NCBI GenBank assembly: GCA_002269645.1
Contig: NIVC01000289.1
Span: forward strand, 49,182 to 113,181
Origin: Macrostomum lignano
Lineage: Eukaryota
Reading direction: 5' to 3'
DNA: 64,000 bases
Each line of letters starts with the position of its first letter. Within the stretch, counting starts at the first letter, position 1. The notes beneath the pieces are model-generated. The model saw nothing but the letters and a program-made list of their open reading frames with translations, searched no databases and had not been told where the DNA came from. This document shows positions 37,018-50,166 of this stretch, in pieces. Both the position numbers and the translations under genes were made by a program.

Positions 37018-40000
37018 CCGCCAATGCTCAACCTGCTGCGCACCTGAGCCCAGCCAGCCCGCCCGCATGCTCTCGGACATTCCCGACCCGGTTGAGGTCG
37101 AGGAGATTCTCTCCAGATCGCGCGGCATCCCAGAATCGTTGCAAATCCTGCACGGCTTCCCAACTGACGACGTCTCCGTGCTGCAGATCTCGCGGCCATG
37201 TCGCACCGAGCGCGCCTCGCAGCCGGACAAACAGCCAACGGTGCCCTGCCTCACCAACATGTGCATCGCAGCTTATGCTAGAAATTTCACCGTACTGCAT
37301 CGGGTCTACGAAAAGTGCAACAAACGGCACCATCTGGTGTCGCCTATAGACGGCTGCGGACAGCCTATAGTTGAGCAGGAATACGAGATTGATATGCCGA
37401 AAGAGCTTCTAGCAGTCAGCAACTGCAGTTGAAACGTCAGCAGCAGCAGCAGCAGCAGTCTGCTCCTCGTCAGCGAGGAAGCTGGGGTCTCAGCATCAAC
37501 GATTTGCGAGGAGCACCCGACGATCCATTGGTTACTAATATTTTTACACCTGTCAGGCCTGAGGATTTGGATAGGCAGAATGCCTCTAGCAGGCAGGCCT
37601 CTAGGAAAGAAGCTTTATTCCCGTTGTACATTCATCAGGAGGTTGACCGGATTGTGGAACTGAGAGAGTCGGCGCCGCAACCCCAAGAGCTGTTTGGAAG
37701 GCGTCTGTTGGTAAGGAGTTTGGGATTTTTGGTTGCAGGAGTTTAGGATTTTTGGTATTATGGATTTGAGATTTTCGGTTTAGGGATTAGGGATTTTTTG
37801 TTTTAAGGATTTGGGATTTTTGGTATTATGGATTAGGGATTTTTTCTTTTATGGATTTTGAGATTCTCGGTTTTTAGAGATTTGGGATTCCTGGTTTTAT
37901 GGATTTGGGATTTTTGGTTTTAGGGATTTGGGATTTTTTGTTTTTGTGATTTGTGATTTTTGGTATTAGAGATTAGAGATTTATGATTTTAAATATTTCA
38001 AATTTATGATTTTAGAGATTTAGGATTTAGGGTTTTTAGGGTTTTGGGAGTTTTGGTTTTAGGGATTTTCAGAGTTTTTGATTTTAGGGATTTGAGATTT
38101 TAGGTTTTTGTGATTTGGGATTTTTGGTATTAGGGATTTGAGATTTTCGGTTTTAAGGATTTTGGATTTATGGTTTTAAAGATTTCAATTTTATGGTTTT
38201 AGAGATTTGAGATTTATGGTTTTAGGGTTTTGGGATCTTTGGTTTTAGGGATTTGAGATTTTTTGTTTTTGTGATTTGGGATTTTTGGTATTAGGGATTT
38301 GAGATTTATGGTTTTAAATATTTCAAATTTATGATTTTAGAGATTTGGATTTATGGTTTTAGGGTTTTGGGAGTTTTGTGTTAAAGATTTATTTTCGGGA
38401 CTTTTCTGCGTTAGGGATAGGATTAGAGATCTGGGATTTTAGATTGTTTGAAAATTCATTTTGTCATTTATTTAAAATCACCCATATTATCCCTCTCGCA
38501 CAGGTGAGGTGCAGCCACTTCAAGCTCATCGAAGAGGAAATCGACCCGATATTCGCCACAATGGCGCTCTACGACTTGTCCGCCCGTAAGAAAGTGTCGG
38601 AAAATTTTCATTTCGACACCAATTCGGAGGAGTTAAAAGGCCTATTGAGCGGCCATATCAAGCTGCAAGATCCCTGCTCTTTATCCAAAGCTTGCGTGCT
38701 CAACTTGAGCGTCGCTTCACCAGATCTATTTTTGGTCATCCGCCTGGAGAAGGTGCTGCAACAGGGCGATATTAACGACGTATTTGATGGCTATCTGAGG
38801 GCCAGCGATCCCAGGCAAAGGGAGAAATTGCGGGCTGCTGCTGCTAGAGATTGCCAGCGCTTGGGCAGGTGAGATTTTCAAATTGTCACTCTCTTATTTG
38901 GAGTGAGATTTGGAGTGAGGTTTTCAAATTGTCACTCTCTTATCTGGAGTGAGCTTTTCAAATTGTCAGTCTCTTATCTGGAGTAAGGTTTTCAAATTGT
39001 CACTTTCTTATCTGGAGTGAGATTTTTAAATTGTCGCTCTTTTCTGGAGTGAGGTTTTCAGATTGTCACTCTCTTATGTGGAGTGAGATTTTCAAATTGT
39101 CACTCTCTTATCTGAAGTGAGGTTTTCAGATTGTCACTCTCGCACCATTTCTCAAGGTACCGAATGCCCCTGGCCTGGACTGCCGTAGATCTAGTCCAGT
39201 GTATCCTAGATTCCGAAAGGGAATCGAGCCAGGACCTGCCAGCCTAGGCAGCGGAGGCAACGATTATTTGGCAGCCAGTGCAGCCACTGCCCCAGCTTCC
39301 TCAGCTGCCGCTTCATCAGTTGCTAACCAGTCATCCAGCGCCAGCTCTGTCGGCGGCGGCGGCGGTGGCAGCTTCGGTGCCGGCAGCGGCGGTGGGGGAC
39401 TTCGCAACCGTCGGGCGGCCAACATGGTGGACGATTTCCTTCGCCGCGGCAGCAGTCAGGAGAACTCGAAACGAGCCAGCATCACCAGCGACGATCTGGA
39501 CCGGGCGTTTGACAATTTGAAGTGCATCAGTTTGACGGTGAAAAGTTTCTTTAAACAGGAGCAGGACAAGATCAGCGAGGAGGATCTATTCAAGTATCTA
39601 AACGATTTGCGTCGGCCGTCTAGTGTGCTCAAAAAGTTGAAGAATATTGGCGGCAAAATGGTGCTCAACTTGCAGACCTGCCCGTACGATTTGGATTTGA
39701 AGTGCGCTCTGACGCCAGAACTGCTCAAGGTTGGTGCAGGTAGCTTGTAACTGTTTTTGGTCTGCTTATGACCTGTAGATGAGACCGGTTATGACCTACA
39801 GATTAGAGAGGGTTGTGACCTGTAGATCATACAAGATTATGGCCTGTAGATCATACGAGATTATGACCTGTAGATCAAACTAGATTATGGCCTGTATATA
39901 ATACAGATTGTGACCTGTATATAATACAAGATTGTGACCTGTAGATAAATCAAGATTGTGACCTGTAGATCATACGAGATTATGGCCTGTAGATCAAACA

Positions 40001-43000
40001 AGATTATGGCCTGTAGATCATACAAGATTGTGACCTGTAGATCATACGAGATTATGGCCTGTAGATCAAACAAGATTATGGCCTGTAGATCATACAAGAT
40101 TGTGACCTGTAGATCAACAAGATTATGGCCTGTAGATCATACTAGATTATGACCTGTATATAATACAAGATTGTGACCTGTAGATAAATCAAGATTGTGA
40201 CCTGTAGATCATACGAGATTATGGCCTGTAGATCAAAGATTATGGCCTGTAGATCATACAAGATTGTGACCTGTAGATCATACAAGATTATGGCCTGTAG
40301 ATCATACGAGATTATGACCTGTAGATCATACAAGATTATGGCCTGTAGATCACAAGATTATGGCCTGTAGATCATACGAGATTATGACCTGTAGATCATA
40401 CAAGATTATGACCTGTAGATACAGATTGTGACCTGTAGTTCATACAAGATTGTGACCTGTAGTGCATACAAGATTATGACTTGTAGATCTTACTAGATTA
40501 TGACCTGTAGATCAGAGAGGGTTATGACCTGTAGATCAGAGAGGTTATGACCTGTAGATCAGAGAGGGTTATGACCTGTAGATCAGAGAGGGTTATGACC
40601 TGTAGATCAGAGATGGTTATGATCTGTAGATCAGAGGGTTATGACCTGTAGATCAGAGAGGGTTATGACCTGTAGATCAGAGAGGGTTATGACCTGTAGA
40701 TCAGAGAGGGTTATGACCTGTAGATCAGAGAGAGGGTTATGACCTGTAGATCAGAGAGAGGGTTATGACCTGTAGATCAGAGAGGGTTATGATCTGTAGA
40801 TCAAAGAGAGGGTTATGACCTGTAGATAATAGAGACTACCCGATGACAAGCCATACTATAAATCATAAACAATCATCCCACCCCTTGCCCAGGTGCATCC
40901 ATTCTGCGATCTGAAGTCCGCTCCAATTCGAGAACTGGCCGAGTTCCCAGCTCAGCCGCTGTACCAGCCGCACTCATTCTACCGCAACCTGTTATACGTG
41001 CACCCTAAAAGCATCAATTTCAGTAGCAAGCAAGGCTCCGCACGAAATGTTGCACTAAAAACCGAACTAGTACACTTTGACGGGCAGAGAGCAGTTGCTC
41101 AGAGATTAATCTACGGCAAATCCAGCTGTCCAGCCTTTGTCACCAGCCAGTTCAGTCCGGTATTGTATCACAATAAATCGCCAGACTTCTACGATGAAAT
41201 TAAAATTGAATTGCCAGGCGATCTTAGCTCCGGTCACTATCTGCTGTTCTCATTCTTTCATATTAGCTGCCAGCAGAGAAAAGGTGGTGAGGACAATGGT
41301 CAGTTGGAGACGCCTCTTGGCTACTCTTGGCTGCCATTGTACCGGTCTGGGGTGCTCAGCCTTGGCAACTACAGTCTGATGGTCAGCGCCGATGAGCCTA
41401 GCACCTCAATGTGCAGCATTGTACCCGAACTAGGCGAAGTAGCCGACAAATGTCCGTCTGATAGGCCTCGCTGGGTTGACAGTCACCGGGAGCTATTCCG
41501 GGTCACCGTGTCGTCATTGAGCACAGTGCACACTATCGATACTCATCTTAATCTGTTCTTTAAAGCTTGCGTCTGCGCCCAGCTGGGCCAGCCGTGCTCT
41601 ACGGAAGCTCTGCAAGACGCTATCAACGGTTTAATGCTAGCCGATATGGAACAGCTGGTGCAGCTATTGCATATAGTTATTGATAGATTGATGCAACTGG
41701 TGCTGCATCCAGCCCAGGTGCCATCCGACCGGCCCAGCCAGATTCCCTTTGCCGGTCTGGCCCGTCTTATTGGCCGTATAGTTCAAACCTTCCCCGAGCG
41801 ATCCGATATTCACGGCCGCAACTCGCTACTAACAGGCTATATTAAGTATGCCGGCACTCTTGGCCAACAGGGCGGCTTATTGAAATTAGTTCACGAAGAA
41901 CTTGTACTGCAGATTATCTTAGCCGAGCCGACTGTCCGAGCTTCTGTCGCTGAGAATGCCTGGTTCTTTCTCGAAACTCTAATTAGAGCTATGCACGACT
42001 ACTTAGCTGTGGAGCCGCACCTGTCGTTGCCTAGGCAACGGAGATTCTCTCAACAATTTGTAGCCGATGTCGGCACTTTAGTCACGCTATTAACCAGATC
42101 CGTACTGGTAGCCGACCGAACCGCTATCCGTCTCAATCGGGCTCTAGCCTTCTTTCTCTGCGACTTATTCAGCGTGATGGACCGTCTGGCCGTGCTGCAG
42201 CTTGTCCAGCAATATTTCCGGGCCGTCAATGCTTGCCTGGAGGCTGCTCCAACTGGCACTAATCACGGAAAACTGTCCGCCTGTAAAATTGATTTCCTAC
42301 GCATTATAACTTCGCACGAGCACTATGTGCCATTGAATATTCCGTTGATGGAGCCGGAGATTGCCAGTGAGCTGTCCGATCAGTATAGGCGCAGTCACTA
42401 CCTGTCCGGTTTGGTGCTGTCCGAATTGAAAATTGCACTACGCTGCGGCGGTCCAGACTTGCAAAGCAAAGCCGTCTGCCTGTTGTGGAATCTGCTAGCC
42501 AGTCACGAAGCCGACTCGCGCTATCCGGCCTCTCTACCGGCTATTCGCGGCCGTGTGGCCCAGCTGTATTTGCCGCTATTAAAAATTGCCGAAGGTGTCA
42601 TACATTTGATTGGCATTGGAATTGGCGGATTCGCCACTCACGGAGGCGGCGTTAGCGCCAACGGCGGTCTGGCCGGGATCAGCGATTTGGCTACTCCGGC
42701 CACGCCAGCTGACGATATTGGCCGGTTCGGCTTTCCGGAGCCTTCTACTGAGAAGCAGCAATTGCTTCAGGCGCCAAAGCCAAAGCAGCGACCGCTATCG
42801 GATGATACCAGCAGGCACCTTCTGCTCTGTTGTCTTTGGCTGGTTAAGAATCTGGATAGGCGCGTTGCTGCGACGTTTCTGCGGTCTCTGTCTGTGCATC
42901 GAGTGCAGCGGCTCCTGCATCTGCTCATGGTGAAGGCTCTTTCGCTGCTACCTTCTGGGCGTCTTCATTGGCTTTCTGGGGTTCTTCAGTAGCTATCTTT

Positions 43001-46000
43001 TGGGGTTCTTCAGTAGCTATCTTTTGGGGTTCTTCAGTAGCTATCTTTTGGGGTTCTTCAGTAGCTACCTTCTGGGGTTCTTCAGTAGCTATATTTTGGG
43101 GTTCTTCAGTAGCTACCTTTTGGGGTTCTTCAGTAGCTATCTTTTGGGGTTCTTCAGTAGCTACCTTCTGGGGTTCTTCAGTAGCTACCTTTTGGGGTTC
43201 TTCAGTAGCTACCTTTCGGGGTTCTTCAGTAGCTATCTTTTGGGGTTCTTCAGTAGCTACCTTCTGGGGTTCTTCAGTAGCTATATTTTGGGTTCTTCAG
43301 TAGCTACCTTTTGGGGTTCTTCAGTAGCTATCTTTTGGGGTTCTTCAGTAGCTATCTTTTGGGGTTCTTCAGTAGCTATCTTTTGGGGTTCTTCAGTAGC
43401 TATCTTTTGGGGTTCTTCAGTAGCTATCTTTTGGGGTTCTTCAGTAGCTATCTTTTGGGGTTCTTCAGTAGCTACCTTTTGGGGTTCTTCAGTAGCTACC
43501 TTTTGGGGTTCTTCAGTAGCTATCTTTTTGGGTTCTTCAGTAGCTATCTTTTGGGGTTCTTCAGTAGCTACCTTTTGGGGTTCTTCAGTAGCTACCTTCT
43601 GGGGTTCTTCAGTAGCTACCTTTTGGGGTTCTTCAGTAGCTACCTTTTGGGGTTCTTCAGTAGCTACCTTTTTGGGTTCTTCAGTAGCTACCTTTTGGGG
43701 TTCTTCAGTAGCTATCTTTTGGGGTTCTTCAGTAGCTACCTTCTGGGGTTCTTCAGTAGCTACCTTTTGGGGTTCTTCAGTAGCTACCTTTTGGGGTTCT
43801 TCAGTAGCTACCTTTTGGGGTTCTTCAGTAGCTACCTTTTGGGGTTCTTCAGTAGCTACCGTCTGGGGTTCTTCAGTAGCTACCTTCTGGGGTTCTTCAG
43901 TAGCTACCTTTTGGGGTTCTTCAGTAGCTACCTTTTGGGGTTCTTCAGTAGCTACCTTCTGGGGTTCTTCAGTAGCTACCTTTTGGGGTTCTTCTGTAGC
44001 TACCTTCTGGGGTTCTTCAGTAGCTACCTTTTGGGGTTCTTCAGTAGCTACCTTTTGGGGTTCTTCAGTAGCTACCTTTTGGGGTTCTTCAGTAGCTACC
44101 TTTTGGGGTTCTTCAGTAGCTATCTTTTGGGGTTCTTCAGTAGCTACCTTCTGGGGTTCTTCAGTAGCTACCTTTTGGGGTTCTTCAGTAGCTACCTTTT
44201 GGGGTTCTTCAGTAGCTAGCTTTTGGGGTTCTTCAGTAGCTATCTTTTGGGGTTCTTCTGTAGCTACCTTTTGGGGTTCTTCAGTAGCTACCTTCTGGGG
44301 TTCTTCAGTAGCTACCTTTTGGGGTTCTTCAGTAGCTATCTTTTGGGGTTCTTCAGTAGCTACCTTTTGGGGTTCTTCAGTAGCTACCTTTTGGGGTTCT
44401 TCAGTAGCTACCTTCTTCAGTAGCTACCTTCTGGGTTCTTCAGTAGCTACCTTCTAGTTCTTCAGTAGCTACCTTCTGGGGTTCTTCAGTAGCTACCTTC
44501 TAGTTCTTCAGTAGCTACCTTCTGGGGTTCTTCAGTAGCTACCTTCTAGTTCTTCAGTAGCTACCTTCTGGGGTTCTTCAGTAGCTACCTTCTAGTTCTT
44601 CAGTAGCTACCTTCTGGGGTTCTTCAGTAGCTACCTTCTAGTTCTTCAGTAGCTACCTTCTAGTTCTTCAGTAGCTACCGTCTGGGTAGCTACCGTCACA
44701 GTAGCTACCCTCAGGAGTCCTTCAGTGGCTGCGTCAGTCAGTACAATTCGATTTCAGTACGCACTAATTGCCCATGCTCCTAACTCCCGCAATTTCGTTA
44801 ATCCCAGGTGGCCTGCGCCAGTTTCGAATACCGCGGTCGCCAGCCAAACAGCCGACAATCGAACGGCAGCAGCCTGCTGATGCAGCAGCGCAGCGCTCAG
44901 GTCAAGCTGAAACTTGAAGAGAAATTCCTTGGGAGCGCCGGCGACTCTGCCGATGCCGCCCTGTCGCAACAGCAGCAGCAGCCGCCGCCGCCGCCTCCGC
45001 CGGGAAGCGGCAGCAACCGACGCAAGAGCATCGGCTCCATCCTGACCATGCCGCACAGCCAGTCAGAGAACGCCCTGGCTGCCGCCGCCGCCAACAACAA
45101 TGCCTCGCTAGCAATGGCTGGCCAACAGAGTGCCGCTGCTTCGGCTAACAGCAGCAGCTCGAATCGGCTGCGACTCGCTGCTGCTCGTAAGGAAGCCGCC
45201 GCCACCATTGCCGCCGCCAATTCGTCTGTACCGCCTCCGCCGCCTTTGATCTCGCCGCCGCCGCCTCCGCCGCCAACTTTGCCAGTTAATGCGCAGTTGA
45301 ATTCGGCTAGATTACACTACGATCCTGTGCTGGAGGGCAATCTGTCATTAGAAGTGACTTTGACAGCTTTGGATACCGCTGAGCTGATTATGACTACGTT
45401 TCAGGTGAGAATCTGCTTTTTTGAAGGTGGTGTACATCCTTGACGATTAGAAAGTCAAAAAGGCCGCTGCACGCCCAGTAAGTGGCGTTAATTGCTGAGC
45501 TCTGTACTAACCGCGGCCGACTCAGCTTAAATTGCATTATTATAGTATCTATAGTAAAATTAAACATACTAGTAGAATAACTAAATGGGCCACCCAGGCA
45601 CAATACTCAGTAAAACAGCTTTCTACGAGTATAAGAATAAAGGCAGCTGAGATGACTGATAAATTTGAAAGCCCAAGCTTGCAGGCGTTAACAACTTGCT
45701 AGATAATTGGTTCAGCAATAATGCACATTGGCCAGTCCCACTGAAATGTACATAGCAGCTTTAGGCTGGAATTCCGATAAAGGCAATATAAATTAGGGCG
45801 CGGCGGGGGACTTTGATAAGTTTAGAAGCCCAAGCTTGCAGGCGTAAACAACTTGCTAGATAATTGGTTCAGCAATAATGTACATTGGCCAGTCCCACTG
45901 AAATGTACATGGCAGCTTTAGGCTGGAATACCGAGAAAGGCAATAAAAATTGGGGCGGGCGGGGGTAGTGTGGAAAGGCGCAGCTGGAGGGTTGAAGCCT

Positions 46001-49000
46001 GGGGGATTAACGGCAAATAAATTTGCCTTTGGCTTTAAAAAATACATTAAAATGCTTCTGTTTAACTTACTACTGAACTAAAAGTAGCTTAGACGCAAAT
46101 GTGCTGAGTGGCCTATCTAGTTATTCTAGTGGTATCTGGTTACATTATAAACATGTTAAACAAATGATTTAAATTTCGCAGGGCACGGAGACTCTGGCTT
46201 GTCACCTGGGCTTAATACTGCGCTTGTATCTGCGCTGTTTGAGTCTAAGCCAGTGCTCAACCGCTTTGCACTCTGTGTTCGCCAGTCTGCGCAGCTTCTT
46301 GATGAAGTACCCGGAGACAGTGTTCGAAGAGGAGGCCGACCAGTGCACCTCCCTGTGCTTGCAGTTATTGCGCTATTGCGGTTCTAGATTGACTGAGGTT
46401 CGAACTCAGGCCACCGCCACACTCTATCTGCTCATGAGGATCAACTATACGAGAAAGTTTCATTTTAGCAAAGTGAAAATGCAATTAACTATGGCTTTGA
46501 GTAGCTTTGTCTCGGATAGGGAAATGTTCAACGAAGATTATCTGCGCAGGTCGCTTAAGGTGAGCGAACCTATGAATTATTGTAATAACTTAAGTATAGC
46601 TGCTAAAGACCTCAATGTATTTTGCCTGGCGTTTAGAAGAAACGGTGTGATCAAAAGGAGGCTAAAATGATGGGGTGTGCAGGTGATTGATAAGCTTTGC
46701 AAGTTTATTGATAGGGTGTGCAAGTTTATTGATAGGTGTGTGCAGGTTTACTGATATGGTGTGCAAGTTTATTGGTAAGGTGTGCAAGTTTATTGATAGG
46801 TGTGTGCAGGTTTACTGATATGTTGTGCAAGTTTATTGGTAAGGTGTGCAAGTTTATTGATAGGTGTGTGCAGGTTTATTGATAGGTGTGTGCAAGTTTA
46901 TTGATAAGGTGTGCAAGTTTATTGATAGGGTGTGCAAGTTTATTGATAGGGTGTGCAAGTTTATTGGTAAGGTGTGCAAGTTTATTGGTAAGGTGTGCAA
47001 GTTTATTGGTAAGGTGTGCAAGTTTATTGGTAAGGTGTGCAAGTTTATTGATAGGGTGTGCAAGTTTATTGATAGGGTGTGCAAATGAAAAAGGATATCG
47101 TGTGACGCGCAAATAATGGAAAGTGTCATGAGTACCAATCAAGCCAGACGAACGGAGGCAGCACACCCCCGCCCCCAAATCCCAGGCTCTCCTGTCCTAC
47201 ACTGACCGAGACGAAGCCGTGTGCGAGAACTTCAGCGGCCAAGTGCAGGACCTGGTGCTCAATCTGCACACGATCCTGTCTGACACAATCAAAATGAAGG
47301 AGTTCGCAGAGGATCCGGAAATGCTAGTAGATTTGATGTATCGAGTAGCCAAAGGCTATGCTAACAGTCCGGATTTGCGGCTTACCTGGCTGCAGAATAT
47401 GGCTAGGCAGCATTTGACTCATAAGCATTATGCAGAGGCTGGGATGTGCCTGCTGCACTCGGTGTCTCTGGTGGTGGAGTACCTGCACATGATGGACCCG
47501 GTACAGTACATGCCTGTTGGCTGTGCCGCCTTCTCCGCAATCAGTAAGAATGTTCTGGAGGAGAGTGCCGTGTCAGATGACGTCATCAGTCCGGAGGAGG
47601 ACGGAGTGTGCTGCTCTAATTGGTTCTTGAGACCAGGTGGGGCCTCCCTCTGTCTGTTGTAAGAAGAGAGAGGGGTGGGTGGCTGATTAGGAGAGTAAAA
47701 GAGGCGGAGAGGTCAGCGAAGGGATGGGATGAAATTCCAGAGAAGATTAATGGGAGGGGAGAGAAGAGATGTGAGGGTGGGGAGAGAAGAGATGTGAGGG
47801 TGGGGAGAGAAGAGATGTGAGGGTGGGGAGAGAAGAGATGTGAGGGTGGGGAGAGAAGAGATGTGAGGGTGGGGAGAGAAGAGATGTGAGGGTGGGGAGA
47901 GAAGAGATGTGAGGGTGGGGAGAGAAGAGATGTGAGGGTGGGGAGAGAAGAGATGTGAGGGTGGGGAGAGAAGAGATGTGAGGGTGGGGAGAGAAGAGAT
48001 GTGAGGGTGGGGAGAGAAGAGAGGGTGGGAAGAGAAGAGATGTGAGGGTGGGGAGAGAAGATATGTGAGGGTGGGAAGAGAAGAGAGGGTGGGAAGAGAA
48101 GAGATGTGAGGGTGGGAAGAGAAGAGATGTGAGGGTGGGGAGAGAAGAGATGTGAGGGTGGGGAGAGAAGAGATGGGAGGGTGGGGAGAGAAGAGATGTG
48201 AGGGTGTGGTGAGAAGAGATGGGGTGAGTGGTGAGAAGAGATAGGACATAGGAGGGAGGGGAGAGAGAAGAGAATAGTTATAAGACACATGAGGTGAGAG
48301 TAGGGGAAGGGAAATGGTAGTAGTGAATAGAAGACAGACACCAGAAATACTATTGGGTAGCAGTGAGAGATGAGCAAGTGAACTATTGCAAAACGAATCG
48401 CCCCCGCACCCTGGCCGCAGAGCTGCTGGCGCTGGTGGATCATTCGGCGCAATTCTTCGAACTATCAGGCCTGTACGAGTTCATCGAGCCGCTTTACACT
48501 GCCCTGCTGCCGCTGCACCGGCACAACAAAGACTACCGCCGACTGGCCGCGGTGTACGCCAAGATGCGCGACAGCTGCGACAATATCGCCTTCAACGAGA
48601 GTAAGCGGATGTTCGGCACCTACTTTCGGGTCGGCTTTTACGGTCATCGATTCGGGGATTTAGACGGCGAAGAGTTTGTTTATAAAGAGCCGCCTTTGAC
48701 TAAACTGCCGGAGATTTCGCATCGACTGGAGCGTTTCTATGGCGACCGGTTCGGGCCCGACAATCTCGTCATTGTCAAGGACTCTAATGCGGTGAGGTTT
48801 TAGTCCCACATGGAGAATTCCCAAGATCCCAGACTCCCTCCAGAATTCCCTGATGAACAATTCTCAAGATCCCAAACTCCTCCAGAATTACCGATGGAGA
48901 ATTCTCAGAATCTCAGGATCCCAAACTCCCTCCAGAATTCCCCGATGGAGAATTCTCAAGATCCCAAACTCCCTCCAAATCTTAAGATCCCGAACTACCT

Positions 49001-50166
49001 TTAAATCCCAAGATCCCAAACTACCTTTAAATCCCAAGATCCCAAACTGCCTCTAAATTCTCAATATCCCAAACTCCCTCCAGAATTCCCCTCCCCGATC
49101 GAGAACTTCTAAGATCCAAATTCCTTCCACAATTCCCCGATGGAGAATTCTCAATATCCCAAACTCCCTCCAGAATTCCCCGATGGAGAATTCTCAGGAT
49201 CCCAAACTCCCTCCAGAATTCCCCGATGGAGAATTCTCAGGATCCCAGACTTCCTCCAGAATTCCCCGATGGAGAATTCTCAAGATCCCAAACTCCCTCC
49301 AGAGTTCCCCGATGGTCTACTTGGGATTTCCTTAATTACTAGATCTAAGAGTAATTCTCTTAGTAATTCCCCAGTTCTCTGTATTAAAAATCAAATTCCC
49401 AGCTCCGCAGTTCATAATCTCTAATTAACTACCCTGGCCGCAGGTGGAGCGCGAACGGCTGGACCAGAACAAGGCCTACATCCAGATCACCTATGTCGAG
49501 CCCTACCTGGAACCCTACGAGCTGCGCGAGCGTCAGTCGCAATTCGAGCGCAACAACGGCATAGCAACGTTTGTCTACTCGACTCCGTACACTCAGAGCG
49601 GCCGGGCGCACGGCGATCTGCAAGATCAGTGCAAGCGCAAAACCGTGCTTACAACCAGCCACAGCTTCCCCTACATCAAGACACGGCTGCAGGTGATTCA
49701 CACAAAATCCTTCAACTTGACTCCAATCGAAGTAGCAATTGAAGATTTGGAGAAGAAAAACGCTGAATTGACCCGAGCTTTGGAGTTGAATCCGCCAGAT
49801 TTGAAAATTCTACAAATGGTTTTGCAAGGCTCAATTGGCGCCACAGTTAATCAGGGCCCGGTCGAGATGGCCTCGGTGTTCCTCGCCTCCGTGGCGGAGG
49901 GCACCCAGCCCGCCGCACCGGCGCATCACAAACTTCGTCTGGCCTTCAAGGAGTTCCTGTTGAAGTCGCACGATGCCCTGGCTAAGAATCGCGACCTGAT
50001 TATGTCGGATCAGGTGGATTATCAGACTGAGATGGAGAAGAATTATCAATTGATTAAAGACCAGCTGCTGCCGCTGACCAGCTGGGGCAATCCGAGCTTT
50101 GATCGTGAGCAGAGAAATGTTGTGGCCGCTAGGAGGAAGAGCAACTCCTCAATGTCCAGCTGCTGA
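37018..50166 (+). CDS. DOCK7: DOCK-C family (DOCK6/7/8, Zizimin-related) Rac/Cdc42 GEF, about 2060 aa; two 1-bp frameshifts; start codon unresolved
   Basis: Exons 37018-37710, 38504-38868, 39157-39729, 40893-42929, 44808-45404, 46182-46559, 47186-47636, 48421-48791 and 49444-50166. All introns are GT-AG with matching phases. Motifs include [23 protein letters not shown]...[19 protein letters not shown], the DHR1 C2 [14 protein letters not shown]...[19 protein letters not shown], and the DHR2 [12 protein letters not shown]...[17 protein letters not shown]. Frame breaks occur at about 37391-37432 and 39200-39247. The symbol denotes the closest vertebrate subfamily member, not one-to-one orthology. 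Confidence 0.93.
37735..38380. repeat. Degenerate about 22-bp GT-rich minisatellite (GGATTTGAGATTTTTGGTTTTA); DOCK intron
   Basis: Tandem periodicity. Confidence 0.85.
38870..39145. repeat. 34-bp minisatellite (GTGAGATTTTCAAATTGTCACTCTCTTATCTGGA) filling a DOCK intron from the donor site
   Basis: Period 34 (38915 vs 38949); the first unit overlaps the GTGAGA donor. Confidence 0.9.
39765..40830. repeat. 23-24 bp minisatellite (TTATGACCTGTAGATCATACAAGA, then GGGTTATGACCTGTAGATCAGAGA); DOCK intron
   Basis: Tandem periodicity with a polar change of unit. Confidence 0.93.
42965..44700. repeat. 24-bp minisatellite (TTTTGGGGTTCTTCAGTAGCTACC), about 70 copies; DOCK intron
   Basis: 8-aa periodic ORFs. 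Confidence 0.97.
45664..45965. repeat. Two-copy tandem duplication of about 158 bp in a DOCK intron
   Basis: AAGCCCAAGCTTGCAGGCGT...GGGCG is repeated with a few substitutions. Confidence 0.85.
46690..47085. repeat. 21-bp minisatellite (GCAAGTTTATTGATAGGGTGT); DOCK intron
   Basis: 7-aa periodic ORFs. Confidence 0.93.
47760..48240. repeat. 23-bp purine-rich minisatellite (GAGAAGAGATGTGAGGGTGGGGA); DOCK intron
   Basis: Period 23 (47761 vs 47784). Confidence 0.95.
48805..49320. repeat. About 43-bp minisatellite (CCCCGATGGAGAATTCTCAAGATCCCAAACTCCCTCCAGAATT); DOCK intron
   Basis: Tandem periodicity. Confidence 0.88.

Noticed and set aside
37415-37428. 14-nt GT-AG micro-intron that would restore the DOCK frame
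   Set aside because: Far below the size of the other introns here and of normal spliceosomal limits; a 1-bp indel is simpler.
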